Assembly (NCBI GenBank): GCA_051294375.1
Contig: CM119267.1
Span: 12,905,081-12,969,080 of the forward strand
DNA length: 64,000 bases
Source of the DNA: Paraspadella gotoi
Lineage: Eukaryota > Animalia > Chaetognatha
Reading direction: 5' to 3'
Shown here: piece after piece, positions 45,301-58,720 of the stretch
Position numbering within the stretch: the first letter of the stretch is position 1
Layout: each line of letters opens with the position of its first letter
Program-made: the position numbers and the translations under genes
The notes under the pieces: model-generated
Told to the model about the DNA's origin: nothing
What the model saw: the letters and a program-made list of their open reading frames with translations, nothing else
The model's database searches: none

Positions 45301-48300
45301 GATTCAAAACTTAAAAAATCCGTCTCACTTTTTCTTTTTTTTACTTTATGACATAGTGTTCATTAAAATAAAAAATTTGAATTGAAGAAACTTAACCAGA
45401 TCTTGTTGTAACTATCAATGCAATACGATAAGCACTGTTGCAAAAACAGTGTCTGTCTGTCCGTCCGTCCCACCTTAGCAAAAAACTCCAATTACTCATG
45501 ATTGTATGGATGAATTGGAATGAAATTTTGTGTGTGGGTAAGGAAGTGTGTGATTAAGCTAGAAGTTTCGATGGAATCGTGCGATTGGAAAAGAGTTTAA
45601 ATGAAAAAAACCAAAAAATATATTTCACTATTTGAACGCCAATTACTCATGAGTGGATGGGACGATTAACTTGAAAATTTGTATGTGGGCAGGAAAGTGT
45701 GCGATTAAGCGGGAAATAAAGTTTCGATGGAATCGCCTGAGTGGAAATGAGTTTCAATGAAAAAAACAAGAAACCTGTTTTACTAATTGATTATGCTTCT
45801 TTTTATTTTATATTAAATTTAAATGCAAGATGTATTAATTATTCAAAAAATTAATCAGTTCATTAATCAATTAGTTAAGTAATTAATCAATTATTAATTA
45901 ATTAGCCAATTAATTATTAAATTAATCAATTATTTATCTATTAATTAATTATTCAATCAATCAATTTATTTATCAATTAATTCATTATTTAATCAATCAA
46001 GTCTATCGTTATCGGCATTATTGTCATCGTCGCCATCATCGTTGTTGCTTTTGTCGTGGTTAGTGATGAAAAGACCTAAAAACAAACATTTCGGATTTAA
46101 TTAATTTATTTATTAATTACCGCTAATGATCGTGCGGGTAGAATTGAGTTTAAATGGAAAAAACAAAAGTCATATTTATTTGAAACATTTTTAATATTTA
46201 CTCATAATTAAAATTAATTATTATACTTGTAGTCAGGCATTGCATAAGTTCACCCCACCTATGAGCATGACACCTTCAGTCATGACCCGGAGGCTCATTG
46301 AGTAAAGCCATCTGCCGTCGACGGTGTGAAGCCCTGTGTCACTGGCTTTGTGGAAAGATCCCGAGTCCACGAGAGTCTGAGGCTCCGGTCTTGTGGCCTC
46401 TTGGTGGCCCTTCGCCCGCAAGTCTCTGGGCTTTTGGTGTACTTGTGGGGCTCGTTGCCCTAACTACAGGACTACTGTAGAAAATGTGACAAGGTTGGTA
46501 GACGTGGCATCATTGCTCCGTAAAAGGTCGTTTGGGGACGGACCTGCTGTCTGACTCTGAAACTGTGTGACTAGAAAAGTGAAGGAAACAAGTACAGGTA
46601 AGGCAGAGAAAGCAGACGAAAAAAGTACAAAGGTAAAATGAAACAAGTGAACAACGGCATTTCTCATCATATTGATTAAAAATTAGATAATTAAATTGAA
46701 ATGAAATTTTGTGTGTTGGTAGGAAACTATGAGATTCAGCTGGATATAAGTTTTTGATAAAATCGTAGGAGTGGAAAAGAGTTTAAAATAGAAAACCAAA
46801 CGACACATTTGTCAATTTTTAAAAGTTTCTCTCTATCTCTCTCTGATTGATTAATTGACCAAATTATGCCGGTTGACCGAATTTTGCAATTGAGCAAATT
46901 ATGTCATTTGACCAAAATATGCCAGTTGACCAAATTACGATAATTTAACAGATTATGCCAATTGACCAAATTATGCCAGTTGACCAAATTATGTCAGTTG
47001 ACCAAATTATGTCAGTTGACCAAATTAAGCAAGTTAACCAAATTATGTGAGTTTACCTAATTATGCCAGTTGACCTAATTATGCCAGTTGACCTAATTAT
47101 GCCAGTTGACCAATTCAAGCCAGTTAACCAAATTATGCCAGTTGACCAATTCAAGCCAGTTTACCAAATTATGCCAGTTGACCAATTCGTGCCAGTTGAC
47201 CAATAAGGCGTATTAAAATTTCTAAATATAACTTTAATTAAAATTCTAAAAGTGAGGAACGAACAACATTATACTAATGAACATTTATGTAATAAAAAAA
47301 TTTAATAAATTTTACAATTTACGCAGTAGGCCATATTTATAGTAGTACTAATCCAATAAATGTTAAAATTTCAAAACAGTTTTTTCTAAGATTTTTTTGC
47401 AGATTTGGATTCGTCATAAAAAGTTGATATAAAGAAATATAACTCTTTTTGAAAAATTCCTTCATTAAGTGGGTCAAAATTTAGAAAAAGCTATATTTTA
47501 AGCTGAAAATTAACTTTTTATCTATTAAATATAGTTTTTTTAATTTTTAACCCACTCAATGAAAGAATTTTTAAAAATTATTTATATTTTCTTTTATCAA
47601 CTTTTTACAAGGAATTCAAATCTGCAATCAAAATTAAGAAAAGCCTTTTTTAAAATTTTTGATTTTATAAGGATGGTACTATATATAAATATAGCTTAAC
47701 TGCAAAAATTAAAAAACATAAAATTAATTTATTTTACAAATTAATGTTCACTGATGGTATGTTGTTCATAATTGACTTTTAGAATTTTCGTATGTAACTT
47801 TCACTACGCCTTATTGACCAAATTACATCACTTGACCAAATTACATCAGTTTATCATATTATACCAATTGGCCAAATTACGCCTGTTGACCAAATTATGC
47901 CAGATGGCCAAATTATGTCAATTGACCAAATTATGCCAGTTGGTTTAGTTATACAAGTTGATTAAATTATTAAAGTTGACCAAATTATGCAAGTTGGTAT
48001 TGGTACAGCTACTGTAATGATAGATTTTTTCATAGATTTATTAAGAAGTCTGCTATGATTTGTTATAATCACAAAATGAGAGTCAGAAAAATTATCATAA
48101 TTTATCATCAGATATATATATTATTATATTATTATTATATTATATAAGCTATTATTACCGCTTAATTTTCGTAGGCAGATCCGACATTGTTTGCTCAAAC
48201 TTGCTTATATTTAGTTTCATTTAACTTTAGTCCCAAGGATTTTAGGATTAAGATGACTTTTATCTAAATATCTCATACCAAGCTTCATTACAATAAATAA

Positions 48301-51300
48301 TACAGCAATGTAAAATTATAAAATGTTTTTATTTTTTTTATCGTCGCAATCGTTAAGCGTTTGCGACGATATTGTAACACTTTGCGCATAATTGGCGTCG
48401 TTTTCGGCGTTCCAAATTATAGATCGCCTTTTTTATGATTAAATTTGGGTGTATGAAGCTGAAAATTTATATACAGCTTCTCATCATCGATGTGCTTAAA
48501 ATTGAGTCTGGACAGTTATTAAATATGTTTTGTTTACGTTTTATCAAAACATACAAATTTTTTCTCTTTTATTTTCATATTTCTTTCTCTCTCTCTCTCT
48601 TTTCTCTTTTAATTACATGTCTCTCTCCCTCTCTCTTTTCCCTAGTCACTGATTCATAATCATAGGGGAAAAAAACGAGTCTGCAGCTGGTTCTGCAGGG
48701 GCTTATTCTTTTTCTCTCTTTTCTCTTGCTGCTTCTGCTGCTGCCTTTTGAGTCTTCAGCTGGCGAGGCAGGGGCTCTTTCTTTTTCTCTCTTTTCTCCT
48801 GCTGCTTCTGCTGCTGCCTTTTGATTTCTTTCTTTTTTTCTGGGTGCCTCTGCTGCTGAAAATGATTTGGCTTCTTTCTCTCTCTCTTTCTTTCTCTTTC
48901 TCTGATTAATTTTTTCCCTCTAAAAACTTTTATTATCGCCATTTATTCCCAAATTTACATCCGAGATTTTCGTGGATGATTTTTTTTTTTTTTTTTTTAA
49001 TTTTCTTTATTTTTTTCAAATTTGATTTTTTTAGTATCAAAATTTGTCGTCAATCCAGATTTTTCTTATGCAATTGCGACAATCCTTATGCTTTTTAAGA
49101 TTTTTTATATTAATTTGGAATTTTAAGAGGAAAGGTCATTCAACTTAACAATGCGTAATCTCTGATGTATTAGAGCTAATACATCGAGAAATACATTGTA
49201 ATCGCCAGTAATCAGAAAAAAAGTTTTTATTTATATATGTAAACATTCTGTTTTAAATATTTTTTTTTAAATCGGTAAATAACAAAATTATTAAATTAAA
49301 TCGGTAAGCACATTTTTTAAAGATTTGTTTTTCAATCTGGTTGTTAAAAAATTCTAGGTAAGAGGATAAAACACGGTAAAGGCAAATTTAGAAGAGGAGA
49401 GTTAAACAATTAATCTTGTTACTCTGTTGGTTTTTCAGTCTTTAACAAAATCTTTAGTTAAATAGATGGTAAAGAAATTTGATCTATACTGAACCTACAC
49501 TGAATTTAAAGAGTTGCAGCCTAAACGATTGCAATAATATTGATTTAAAAATTTGATTAGCAATCTTAAAAACATTTTTGAAAATGTAATAGAGAGACAT
49601 TTCAATAAACATGTTTTAGTTAGAAAGAATTCAGGGTTAAAGTTTAAAAACGTTTCATTTTCAAGGATACAAGTTGAAATTTAAAAATGTCTCTCTATTA
49701 CATTTTTCTAATTCATTAATAAAAAATTCATGAAAAATATCAGATGGATTGGCCTTTTCGTCTGACCTGCAACTCTTCAGATAGGTTTCTTTTGTTTTAT
49801 ATTATAATTAAAACCCATATAAAATGGCGTAAAATGCATCAAATGTTTAAAGTGAATACATTTTTGGAATCGCCAGGAGCTCAGCTTTTTGAATCTGTAC
49901 TTCAGTTTTGCCTGTTTTTAAGTCGATTTGAATGACCCTTTTTCTTAACTAAGAAACAAATCTTTTGAAACTATATTTATTTTAATTATATATGTAGTCG
50001 GGCATTGCCTAGGTTCACCCCGCCTAGAATCATGACACTTTCAGTTGTGACCCGGTGGCTCATTGAGTAAAGCCATCAGCTCATGACCACTAGGTACCGG
50101 GTTCAATCCCAACCCGGTACCTACCCTGCGGGAAGCGTGAGGACGGCCGTAAGCCGCCTTGGGGGCATGGCAAACCCTCAAGCCTGGTTCCAAGCCCAGG
50201 GACCCGTTCCATGGCTGCTAGAGGGGGTTATAGAAGTTACGGACAGTCATCTTCAGCCCACGTAGCGCCTTATCCACATATAAAACTATGATAGTTTTTT
50301 CATGATATTTATGATACTTCTTTATGATCAACTGTCATATAATAATAATAAACTATATTATAATAAACTATATTTTAATAGATCAAAAACTATTAATATT
50401 GTGTATCTGATTAATTATTGAGCTTTATTTCCGGTTTTGGACACGCCCACTATGGGTATGAACTCTGGTTAAAACTCGGCTGAGAAAATATATGCTAGAT
50501 GGCATCTGAAATTATGCCAGAAATGGCTAAAATTTTTAATCAATGTACTAAAAATTATGCTAGATTTTTTTTCTAATTTTCGTACACATGTATGAAGGAA
50601 AAAAATAATGTAATAAATGTCGTTTTGACTTTATTATTTTTTCAAAGAAAGCCGAAATATTTAATACATTGTATTGAAACTAAAAAAAACAAACAAAATA
50701 GCTCTAGAATAATTTTTTTCTTATAATAGATACCTCATAGTAGGGACCAACTCCAGAGATAATATAAAATTTTCGAACTATTAGCAAAGTATTTTTAGTT
50801 GACTTGACTAAAATTTAAACAATCATTTTTCAAAAAAATTTACATTAAACGTCTTGATTATTACATTAAATATTACTTGTCTTTTTTTACATTATAAAAC
50901 TTTTTTTTGAAATCTTAAAATTTTTTGATGGATTCTGATAGAGCATAAAAAGTTAAACAAGAAATATAATTACAGCTTTTAAAAATTTTTACGTTTTCTA
51001 TGTGAAAATATAAAAAAACTGATATAATCATCGAAAGATGATGATGATGATGATTTTTTAGTTTTTCTTATTTTTGACTCGCTTATCATGAAAATATTTA
51101 AAAAGGAATTATACTTTGTGTAGACAACTTTTTATGAGCTATCTGAATCTGGTCTTAAAATTTAAAAATTATCCAAAAAATTTTGGCCTTTCCTATTTAT
51201 AAATAAATATTAAAAAGTTAATTATTTGGGTATAGAGACACATAAGAAATGTTTTGTCCATTGAAAGTATACTTCAAAATGTATAAATTTTCGTTTGAGC

Positions 51301-54285
51301 ATGAAAACTCATTCAAAATTTTTGACTCATCCCATTGAGTGGGGCTACCCCTACTCATAGGAGAGCTAATTTTAATTAATTTTTTTAGAACAAAGTTTGA
51401 AGAGAGATTTAACAACGATTTTTATTTCATAGTGAAACGGACATGTTTCGACTCACATATGAGTCTTCAAACTTTGTTCTAAATCAAATCACAACGAAAC
51501 AAAGGAAAAAAAACACAATTAATTTTTTAAAATATTTTTATGCCAGTCCCTGGAGGATGTCAATATTCACTTGCAAAAAACCGTTTTAAAATTCCTACAA
51601 TAGTTTCCGAGATATAGTCATAAACGCATAAACGTCAGCCTTAAAAGGCAAAATTTATCAGAATAAAACTTTCAAGTTTCTCTAAAGATTTCTGACGCGC
51701 TAGTACTAACTATTTAAAAAAAAAGAAAATGTTTCGCTGATTTCTTCAAGAATTTACCATAAATGAGTTATACGATGGGTACAAATGAAAGTGATATCTC
51801 TAGATGACAAAATTTTTTTCTTCAAGTTTTATATTAAAATTTAAGTATTGTACCAATAGGATTAAGTGAGATACTTTGCCGAAATTTTTGAAAGATTTGT
51901 ACTGCGTAGTTCAAAACTTCAAATCCTTAGTTCTTTAATGGTAAAAAAAGTTATTTTCTTGAATAACTTTTGAAAGAAAAGCGATAGCAAGGTGGGCGTG
52001 GTATCAAATTGAAGCCCTAATCATGGGACATCTTTCTAAAATAGTTTTATTACATTTTATCCATAATAAATTAGAGCTAAAAGTATAAAAGTTTTTTGCA
52101 TTAAAAATTTAAATAAAGGCATATTGTGGCGGTATAATCACACCGCCTCACGTCCACCATCGTTCAGCCAAATCCATTGGCTCAGAGGGGGAACACACCA
52201 TCCCAGGCGTAGTGTTCCATCCACAGTCCTAACGACTTCCCTCTGCGTTGGCAAAGCGAGACCGTCCTAGGGTAACCGCGCCAGTGACTGGATGCGTCAC
52301 TGAGGGTCGGAAGCCCCCAAAGCCAACAGTGAGATGCCCCATCCCAATGGGCATCACAGGCAACCCGGCTGTTGCCATAATATGAAATTTTTTCTTTTTC
52401 TTTTGTAATTTGAAAAGGAAAGACTGAATTACATTTTGATTACCATTAAATTTTCTCTACTGCTTAAATTTGCTTGTATTTTTCAGTTAAAGTAAAAAAC
52501 AAGCACAAATTGTTGTAATAGCTTGATAAAATGTCTTTTTAAATATTAAAAATGATAAATATAAAAATGTTTTCAGCTTGATATAAAAAGTATGGATGTC
52601 TAACTTCTTCTCTGTGAAAAAAAAATTATCATTTTTTATTATCTTTAACTGCAAACAAAAAGCTTGACACTGCTTGTTTATCATAATAAAATTTTAAAAA
52701 ATAGCTGGCGAAATATTTGACAAGACATTATTGTGTTTATTTGTATGGATAATTTTCTTTTAAATATAACAACCTTTATACTAGGATTTTAATTCTATTA
52801 TTTATCATCCATTTTAATTAAGAAAAAGAATTTCGCGGAATAGCCCATTGGAAAGGGTTCATTGAATGACTTAATGATCGAATTTTTTAGGTTTCTTTAC
52901 TGCCCCCATTTCACAAGACATAAAAGGTCATGATTATCGTGTATGTCCAGATTATCTGTACGCTTTCTGCAACCTGCATTCTGAATTTTTTTTTTTCCCT
53001 TTCAAATGTATTATATAAAAACAATTATTTAGAGAATGATCAGTGTGGAGGATGCTATTGGTAAGCCTTAGTTACCCAACATCCCGATGGAATTTTTAAA
53101 CGAGGTTTTTTTTTCATTTATTCGAGACATAATACTAACTATTGGTTCTATTAATTTTATATTGCTTACATGATATTTTGCGTAATCAGAGAAAATTTTA
53201 GCGTGTCAAAAAATATGGAAAAAAAATAGTAAAACGTGTGTGTGTGCGTGAGTTTAACGTTTTAATTTTCGATTGCATGGTTAAAAAAAATCGTGTAATA
53301 TCCATTTTTTTAGTTTCATATTGATTCAAGTATTTTTTGTTGGTATTTTCACTTCATTATAATTTACTGCAATATGTAAATTAGAATATAATACTTACTG
53401 CAATTTAAAAATAAATTTGTTTGTATTATTTATTATGTAAATAAAAATACCTATTTTCGCCTGATTTTTTCATTAATTTTCTTTGATAATAACGTCTGGC
53501 AAAATCACTATACTTTTAAGTGTTTTTTTTTTATATTTAAAATGTGTAAAATAGCTTCATTGCAATACTTCTTAAATTTATAGTCGAAACCTCGTATATA
53601 TCTGGAAGGCGACTGCTTGACCCTCCATTGCGACGTCAAGTACATCATCATGAAGAACTTGCGACCTTTGCACCAAAACCGCGGAGAGGCCATGATAAAG
53701 CCGGGAAGTTGCGTGGAGGAAGGCATGGAACGTCTCGACATTGATCAGCTTTGGCGCGACCGCCAGTACTTCTCCGACATCATCATAATCTGTCAGGGCA
53801 AAGAGCTTCGAGCGAACAAGGTGCTCCTCTCGGCCCGTTCCAAAGTTTTTTGCGCCATGTTTTCTCACCCTATGCGCGAGTCCCAGAGCGGCAAGATCGA
53901 CGTCAACGACATTGATCCGAACGTGTTCGAGCAGATGCTGTGCTACATGTACACCGGCTTCGTTCCCGACATCGAAAAGTTTGCGGAGGAGCTGCTAATC
54001 GCCGCCAACAAGTACGCGCTCGAGGAGCTAAAGACCAGCTGCGTTCGCGTGTTGGAGAACAAGTTAAATCACGAAAACGTCCTCTATATGTTGGCTTTGG
54101 CTGAGAGTTATTTGGCCAAGACGCTCAAAGATGCCGCCTTACACTTTCTTGCCCAGCATCTAGACCTGTTCATGGACAAGAATTTCAAGGTGCAGTGGCA
54201 CAAGTTTAACGATACTCACCCTCTGCTAATGAAGGAGACAGTCAAGTTTTTGTTGGAATGGCAACCCAACGTGAATTTGCCTTGA
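42339..54285 (+). CDS. MATH-BTB(-BACK-like) SPOP/roadkill-like Cullin-3 adaptor; exons 42339-43067 and 53584-54285 (~476 aa)
   Basis: MATH domain (YTWTINSFS...ITSPDF...FYLKVHLRG...WGFKKFI) is completed in exon 2 by LEGDCLTLHCDV, followed by BTB (FSDIIIIC.GKELRANKVLLSARSKVFCAMF...YMYTG...LLIAANKYALEELK). GAA|GTAAGT and TAG|TCG are both phase 0; intron is 10.5 kb. Confidence 0.9.
43414..44353. mobile_element. Penelope-like element end forming a ~390-bp-arm inverted repeat
   Basis: 43414-43803 is the reverse complement of ~43965-44353; each arm carries a hammerhead-type motif and CT-rich tail sequence. Confidence 0.7.
44265..44301 (+). ncRNA. Minimal type I hammerhead ribozyme motif
   Basis: CTGATGA-A-GACTCT-CAACCAC-AGAGTC-GAAA-CATG-TC. 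The mirror copy at 43466-43502 has a core mutation (CTGATAA). Confidence 0.68.
47204..47813. mobile_element. MITE with TAAGGCG...CGCCTTA termini inserted into the 18-bp satellite
   Basis: Near-identical copy at ~30273-30911; similar termini at 39240-39898. Confidence 0.65.
48335..49096 (+). mobile_element. HINE-like family C element
   Basis: 5' TTTTTATCGTCGCAATCGTTAAGCGTTTGCGACGATA; 3' ATTGCGACAATCCTTATGCTTTT. First ~140 nt also occur at 9656-9805, and the 5' tip at ~15963. Confidence 0.6.
49127..49944. mobile_element. TTAA-flanked MITE, same family as 15036-15853
   Basis: TTAA|GAGGAAAGGTCATTCA...TGAATGACCCTTTTTC|TTAA. Confidence 0.75.
49993..50278 (+). mobile_element. Solo LTR of the tRNA-containing TRIM family
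   Basis: Closely similar to 61207-61490; TGT...ACA; TSD TATA. A related 5' segment starts at 46228. Confidence 0.72.
52125..52379. mobile_element. Solo LTR
   Basis: GC-rich 255-bp island, TGTGGC...GCCATA ends, 4-bp TSD ATAT. Confidence 0.6.
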
Positions 54286-55536
54286 TTCAGAAAAAGATCG
54301 GAATCATGAAGCTTAAAATCATGAAGCTTGAACGTTATTACTCTAGGTATACTAACAATTGTTTGTTGCCGGATTATTATAGTTCCATTTAGGAATGAAT
54401 CGTTGGAAGATCTTTCTAGGAGATTATCCCCGACTTATTTATTTATTTTCTAATAAATTATTTCTTTTGATCCAGATTTTTAATTTTAAAATTATTAATT
54501 CGTTTTTATAATTAACGTGCGTTGAGACGAGTCATATTTGTAACACGTTCTTTGTGCGTCACATTTATTCGCAATAGAAGGACTTTTGTTTGATAATATT
54601 GCGTTGTTGTTCAATAGGGCATCTATCGACTTTAGGAGACAAATTTTTCAATTTACGAATGATCAATTAGAATGATTATAATGGAGTTTATGTATGTATA
54701 GTAGTATTTCATTAACGGAGGTTAACTCGAATTTGAAACCCTCTTTTTTAGTATTACCGCTATTAGACACATTTTTTTCCGCTGAAAATGGTCATAGAGT
54801 CTCCAAAAATGTGTCATTCTGTTCGTATTTAAACGTTCTTTAAGAAAAAAAAACCTTTCAAAGATTTTTTAAATACTTCTCGCCTCTCCCAGGGGCGTCA
54901 GTGCCACGAGCGTCAAATTTATCGATTTTTGATAATTTTCTTTTATTTTCTTGTTATAATAGCTAATTTTAAATAATTTTTCAATAATATGTTATGATTT
55001 ATTAGGTTATTCCAATAAAAAAATCTTTATAAGATTTGTATTTGCATTGTATCATATCTTTAAACCGGAAAAATGCCACAGACCGGAAATGACTCACAAA
55101 AATCACGTTATTTTCATAAAAATTTCAATTTAGGAATTTTTCCGAAAAAAAAATATATGAAAGCTAGAAAATATTTTAAATTTTATAAGTCATTGCAAAA
55201 GATGAGAAAAAGATAGATACCCGGGACGAAAATGCAGAATTAGTTCATATTTACTTCAATTTGTAAAATTCGGAGCGCGTGACTGGAATCAAGTATGATT
55301 TGACCGGACTCACGCTTGAAATGAGGAAGAACAGGCTTGTCAAGGAAAAGATTTGATGAGAAAAACAGTGAGACTGGATTTAATTTTAAAAACATCTTAA
55401 ATTTAAACGTATTGTAAAATATTTTTTTAAAAAGTTTTTTAGACATTGTGAATATAAATCCTTTCTTTTCGTTGTTTGGACGATTAGAGACAGTTTGAGT
55501 TTAGTTTTGACAACGATTTTATTTAATTCAAAAACA

Positions 55537-55570
55537 GACATGTTTCGGCTTCATTTCAAGCCTTCATCAG
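55537..55570 (-). ncRNA. Minimal type I hammerhead ribozyme motif
   Basis: CTGATGA-A-GGCTT-GAAATG-AAGCC-GAAA-CATG-TC, with stem I AACG/TGTT. Confidence 0.72.
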
Positions 55571-56445
55571 CGTTAGTGAACTTTGAAAATATTTTTGTGT
55601 AAAGGAAGAGAGAAAGAGAGATAAACAGAGAGAGAGAGAGGGCAAAGTTTCCAACACAAGAGTTTAGAAAGGACAGTGGTCAATTGGTGAGGACAGGCTG
55701 AAGTTGAGAAAAAGACAGAGTAAGTTGTGAAAAGAAGTGAAATGGTGAAAAAAAAAAAGAGAGAGAAGAGAGAGAGAGAGAGAGAGAAAAACAGTGCAAA
55801 ATCTTTACATTGTGTAATGTATAACAATAAGAAAAATTTTTAAACTGATGAATATAGTGAAAGTATAACAATTAATCTACTTAATAATTAGTGAGAGTGA
55901 AACAGGAAATTTGAAATTGAAAGGATAGATTTGAGAGATGAGTGAGTAAGTAATAAAGTGAAATTGAGAAGTAAAGATAGAGCTCAAAATGAGCTGGCCC
56001 CCCTTGGCATGGGCAAATGAGAGGCATGATCGATGAGGCCGGGTCATTGGCATGTCATAGGCTGAGATGACAGTTGGATTGAGCTTGTCATGGATGCGTC
56101 AGGAAGAGTTCCCTGCGGGAAGAGCCCAAGTGCTATTCGAATGTCTCTCTGGCCTGATACGCCTGCCGACTGCCCTCTTCTCGCCTGCTGGGAGGTGGGC
56201 GGTTGTCCGTTCTTGCCGCTTTTGCGACAGGAGTGTCGGGCTCCTCTCCCTCCTCCTGTAGCCGCCGTTTTGGGCGGCGCTCATTCCACAACTTACTCTG
56301 TCTTTTTCTCAACTTCAGCCTGTCCTCACCAATTGACCACTGTCCTTTCTAAACTCTGTGTTGGAAACTTTGCCCTCTCTCTCTCTCTGTTTATCTCTCT
56401 TTTCTCTCTTCCTTTACACAAAAATATTTTCAAAGTTCACTAACG

Positions 56446-56479
56446 CTGATGAAGGCTTGAAATGAAGCCGAAACATGTC
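56446..56479 (+). ncRNA. Minimal type I hammerhead ribozyme motif
   Basis: Identical inverted copy of 55537-55570. Confidence 0.72.
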
Positions 56480-58561
56480 TGTTTTTTTTTTTTTTGAATT
56501 AAATAAAATCGTTGTCAAAACTAAACTCAAACTGTCTCTAAAAAGTTTTTTATAATAATATATCAATCTTTTATGATTACGGAAGAAAAACCTTGCAATA
56601 CCATCATATGTCATAAAAGATCCAGAGATTTAATCACTACAATCTAACGATGCTGATATTATACCGAACACTAAACATGGAAAAATGCCAGAAACTATTA
56701 CAGTTACATTAAAGCAGCAAGAGTGAATATGGTCAGCCATCAGCACTGCTGATCGGGCATGTCTATCAACCGACAACCTTTTTCTCCTTTTACGAGATAT
56801 TGTTGTCACAGTAAAAGTTGTCATGAAAATGGTTTTTCTTTTGCTTTCACTTATTGCTGAGATCCGTAAAGAAGTTCATATGACCAAGTTAAATCTTACA
56901 AAGGTAAAATTTAAAAAAAAAAGTTTTATTGATCGTAATAATATCTCATCTCCAGGAAACCTTTAACTTCTGAAAATTTTTATTGAAATGACCTGTAGGA
57001 CATAAACTCCCTATGTAGTTCGTCGCTTTAAATTTACTTTTGTAAAAGTGTTTAAAAATATAAACAATCAATATTTGTTTAAGCGCGTTCTTGCATTTAT
57101 ATCCTGAATATGCTTATTTCTCGTGCTGTTTTAGCTCTGAGCCCCCAGCAAAAAGTTTATGTCACCATTATGTCATTTTACATGTACATCATGGCGGATG
57201 CGCTCTCCCCTCTAAAAAAATAAACACAATGCAATGAAAGACGCAATGGTGGCGGCTCTTAAAATGGCAATATTTGTTTTGAAATGGGGAAAACAGGCAA
57301 TGCCTTGTATGTACGATGATAGTCATCTGAAGAATTTATAACCGAATAGTCTTGCTTGTTTTTTCAGTTCCAATATTTGTTTTAACAATTTGGTAAAATG
57401 AAATATAAATGAAACATAAAAATTCTTCCATGCTTACACGATTTGAGCCGTCGAGTGAATGGAAAGACAATTCAAATTTCCAAGCTTTCGTCACCTTTTA
57501 AACAGATTTTCTCTGCTCAATGAAGCCACTGAGCGTTAGGTCAAGTTTGCAAGTGCCATGACCTTTGCAATTCCCAATAATCTTGAGCAAACTTCAGGAT
57601 TTTTGCAGGCAATTGATATGAATCAACGCGATCATCCCAAAGTAATAGTTTTAAACTTGAAAACGGTTACGCCCATTTTGGTCACATGATCTCATCTATA
57701 TCCCTCATATACTGATTTTTTTTGCTATAAAAACTTTTGTTATGAAATACATTATTTTTTACTTTTTAAAACTTGGTCTTTGCCATTTTTCTTGTAGCAA
57801 TTAAAATTATTTGAATCTGTGATCATGCTAATAATTTAACTTCCAGTTTTATTATATTATTAAAAATTCTTAATAACGGTTTGAGGTTGTTCAAATTACG
57901 ATTAAATATTTTGGGTAACATTTAAGTATAACAGGTAATACAAATTTTATCCTTATTTTTATAATTATCTAAAAAAAAAAAAAAATTGCTGAAAATCAAT
58001 TATTTTGACGTCGTGGAACTTTAACGCCTCCGGGAAAGGCGAGATATTTAAAAAAATGCATTATAAATGCTTTCATTGTGTATAGCTCTAAAATACGAAA
58101 AGAATGACACCTTTTCATAACTCTCATGACAATTTTCAGCGGAAAAAAATGTGTCTAACCGCTATTTTAATGTTCGATGAAGACCTTACTGACATTTAAA
58201 AACGCAATATAAAACAGGATTAAATTATAATTGAAAACTATATATACTCTTACAATTTATTATTACGAGTAATCGTAAAAAAATATTATAATTTCGACGA
58301 GCAAATACAATTAAAATAGAAAGTGTGGCGAACTGACCTATAGGCATCGAAGATGGCGTTGAAGAGTTGCGTCAATTGCCACGCCAGTTGGCAATGCAGA
58401 TGAGTTCGTTAATAATAGCTTAATTTCTATAATAAAAGTTTCCAGGAACAAAGTTTTATTTTGTTCAGCTTAAAATAGTGACCGTGAAGAGACAGTAATT
58501 ATTAATATATGTTAATGACAGAATCGTTCAATATAAGCAGTCCCTGAGCTTCGGATCAGGC

Positions 58562-58720
58562 TGTAACACCATGTTACAGGCGGGTTAAGCGCCCCGTCCC
58601 TCTTAACTGCCAGACGACCACCGGGCTAGAACCCCGGACCTTTGGGTTGGGAGGCGAATGTCTTGCCTCCGGTACCAATGGCCGCTGATGAACGATTGGT
58701 GGATTTTAGTCCACCATAAC
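58562..58720 (-). mobile_element. tRNA(Gly-like)-derived short repeat (SINE or small LTR)
   Basis: Minus strand reads ...ATTCGCCTCCCAACCCAAAGGTCCGGGGTTCTAGCCCGG...GTTACA. An internally deleted copy is at 26105-26235 (+). Confidence 0.5.

Larger units (their letters stand above)
43164..53517 (+). mobile_element. HINE-like family A ends enclosing ~10 kb of nested elements (SPOP-like intron)
   Basis: 5' TTTTTTATCTCGCCAGACGGGGTTAAGCCCGTCTTGG; 3' AACGTCTGGCAAAATCACTATACTTTT. Pairing these two ends as one element is inferred. Confidence 0.6.
55465..56540. mobile_element. Penelope-like element end with inverted duplication
   Basis: ~55485-55730 and ~56288-56540 are reverse complements, each with a hammerhead motif. 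Related single arms at ~3627-4170 (-) and ~62994-63180 (+). Confidence 0.68.
54764..58157 (+). mobile_element. Fossil hAT (hATm-like) transposon with decayed transposase and nested Penelope-like insert
   Basis: ~140-bp imperfect TIRs TAGACACATTTTTTTCCGCTGAAAAT...; 8-bp TSD ACCGCTAT. Remnant peptide SEWKDNSNFQAF...LLNEATER*VKFAS...FLQAI..NQRDHP at ~57450-57640. Confidence 0.72.
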
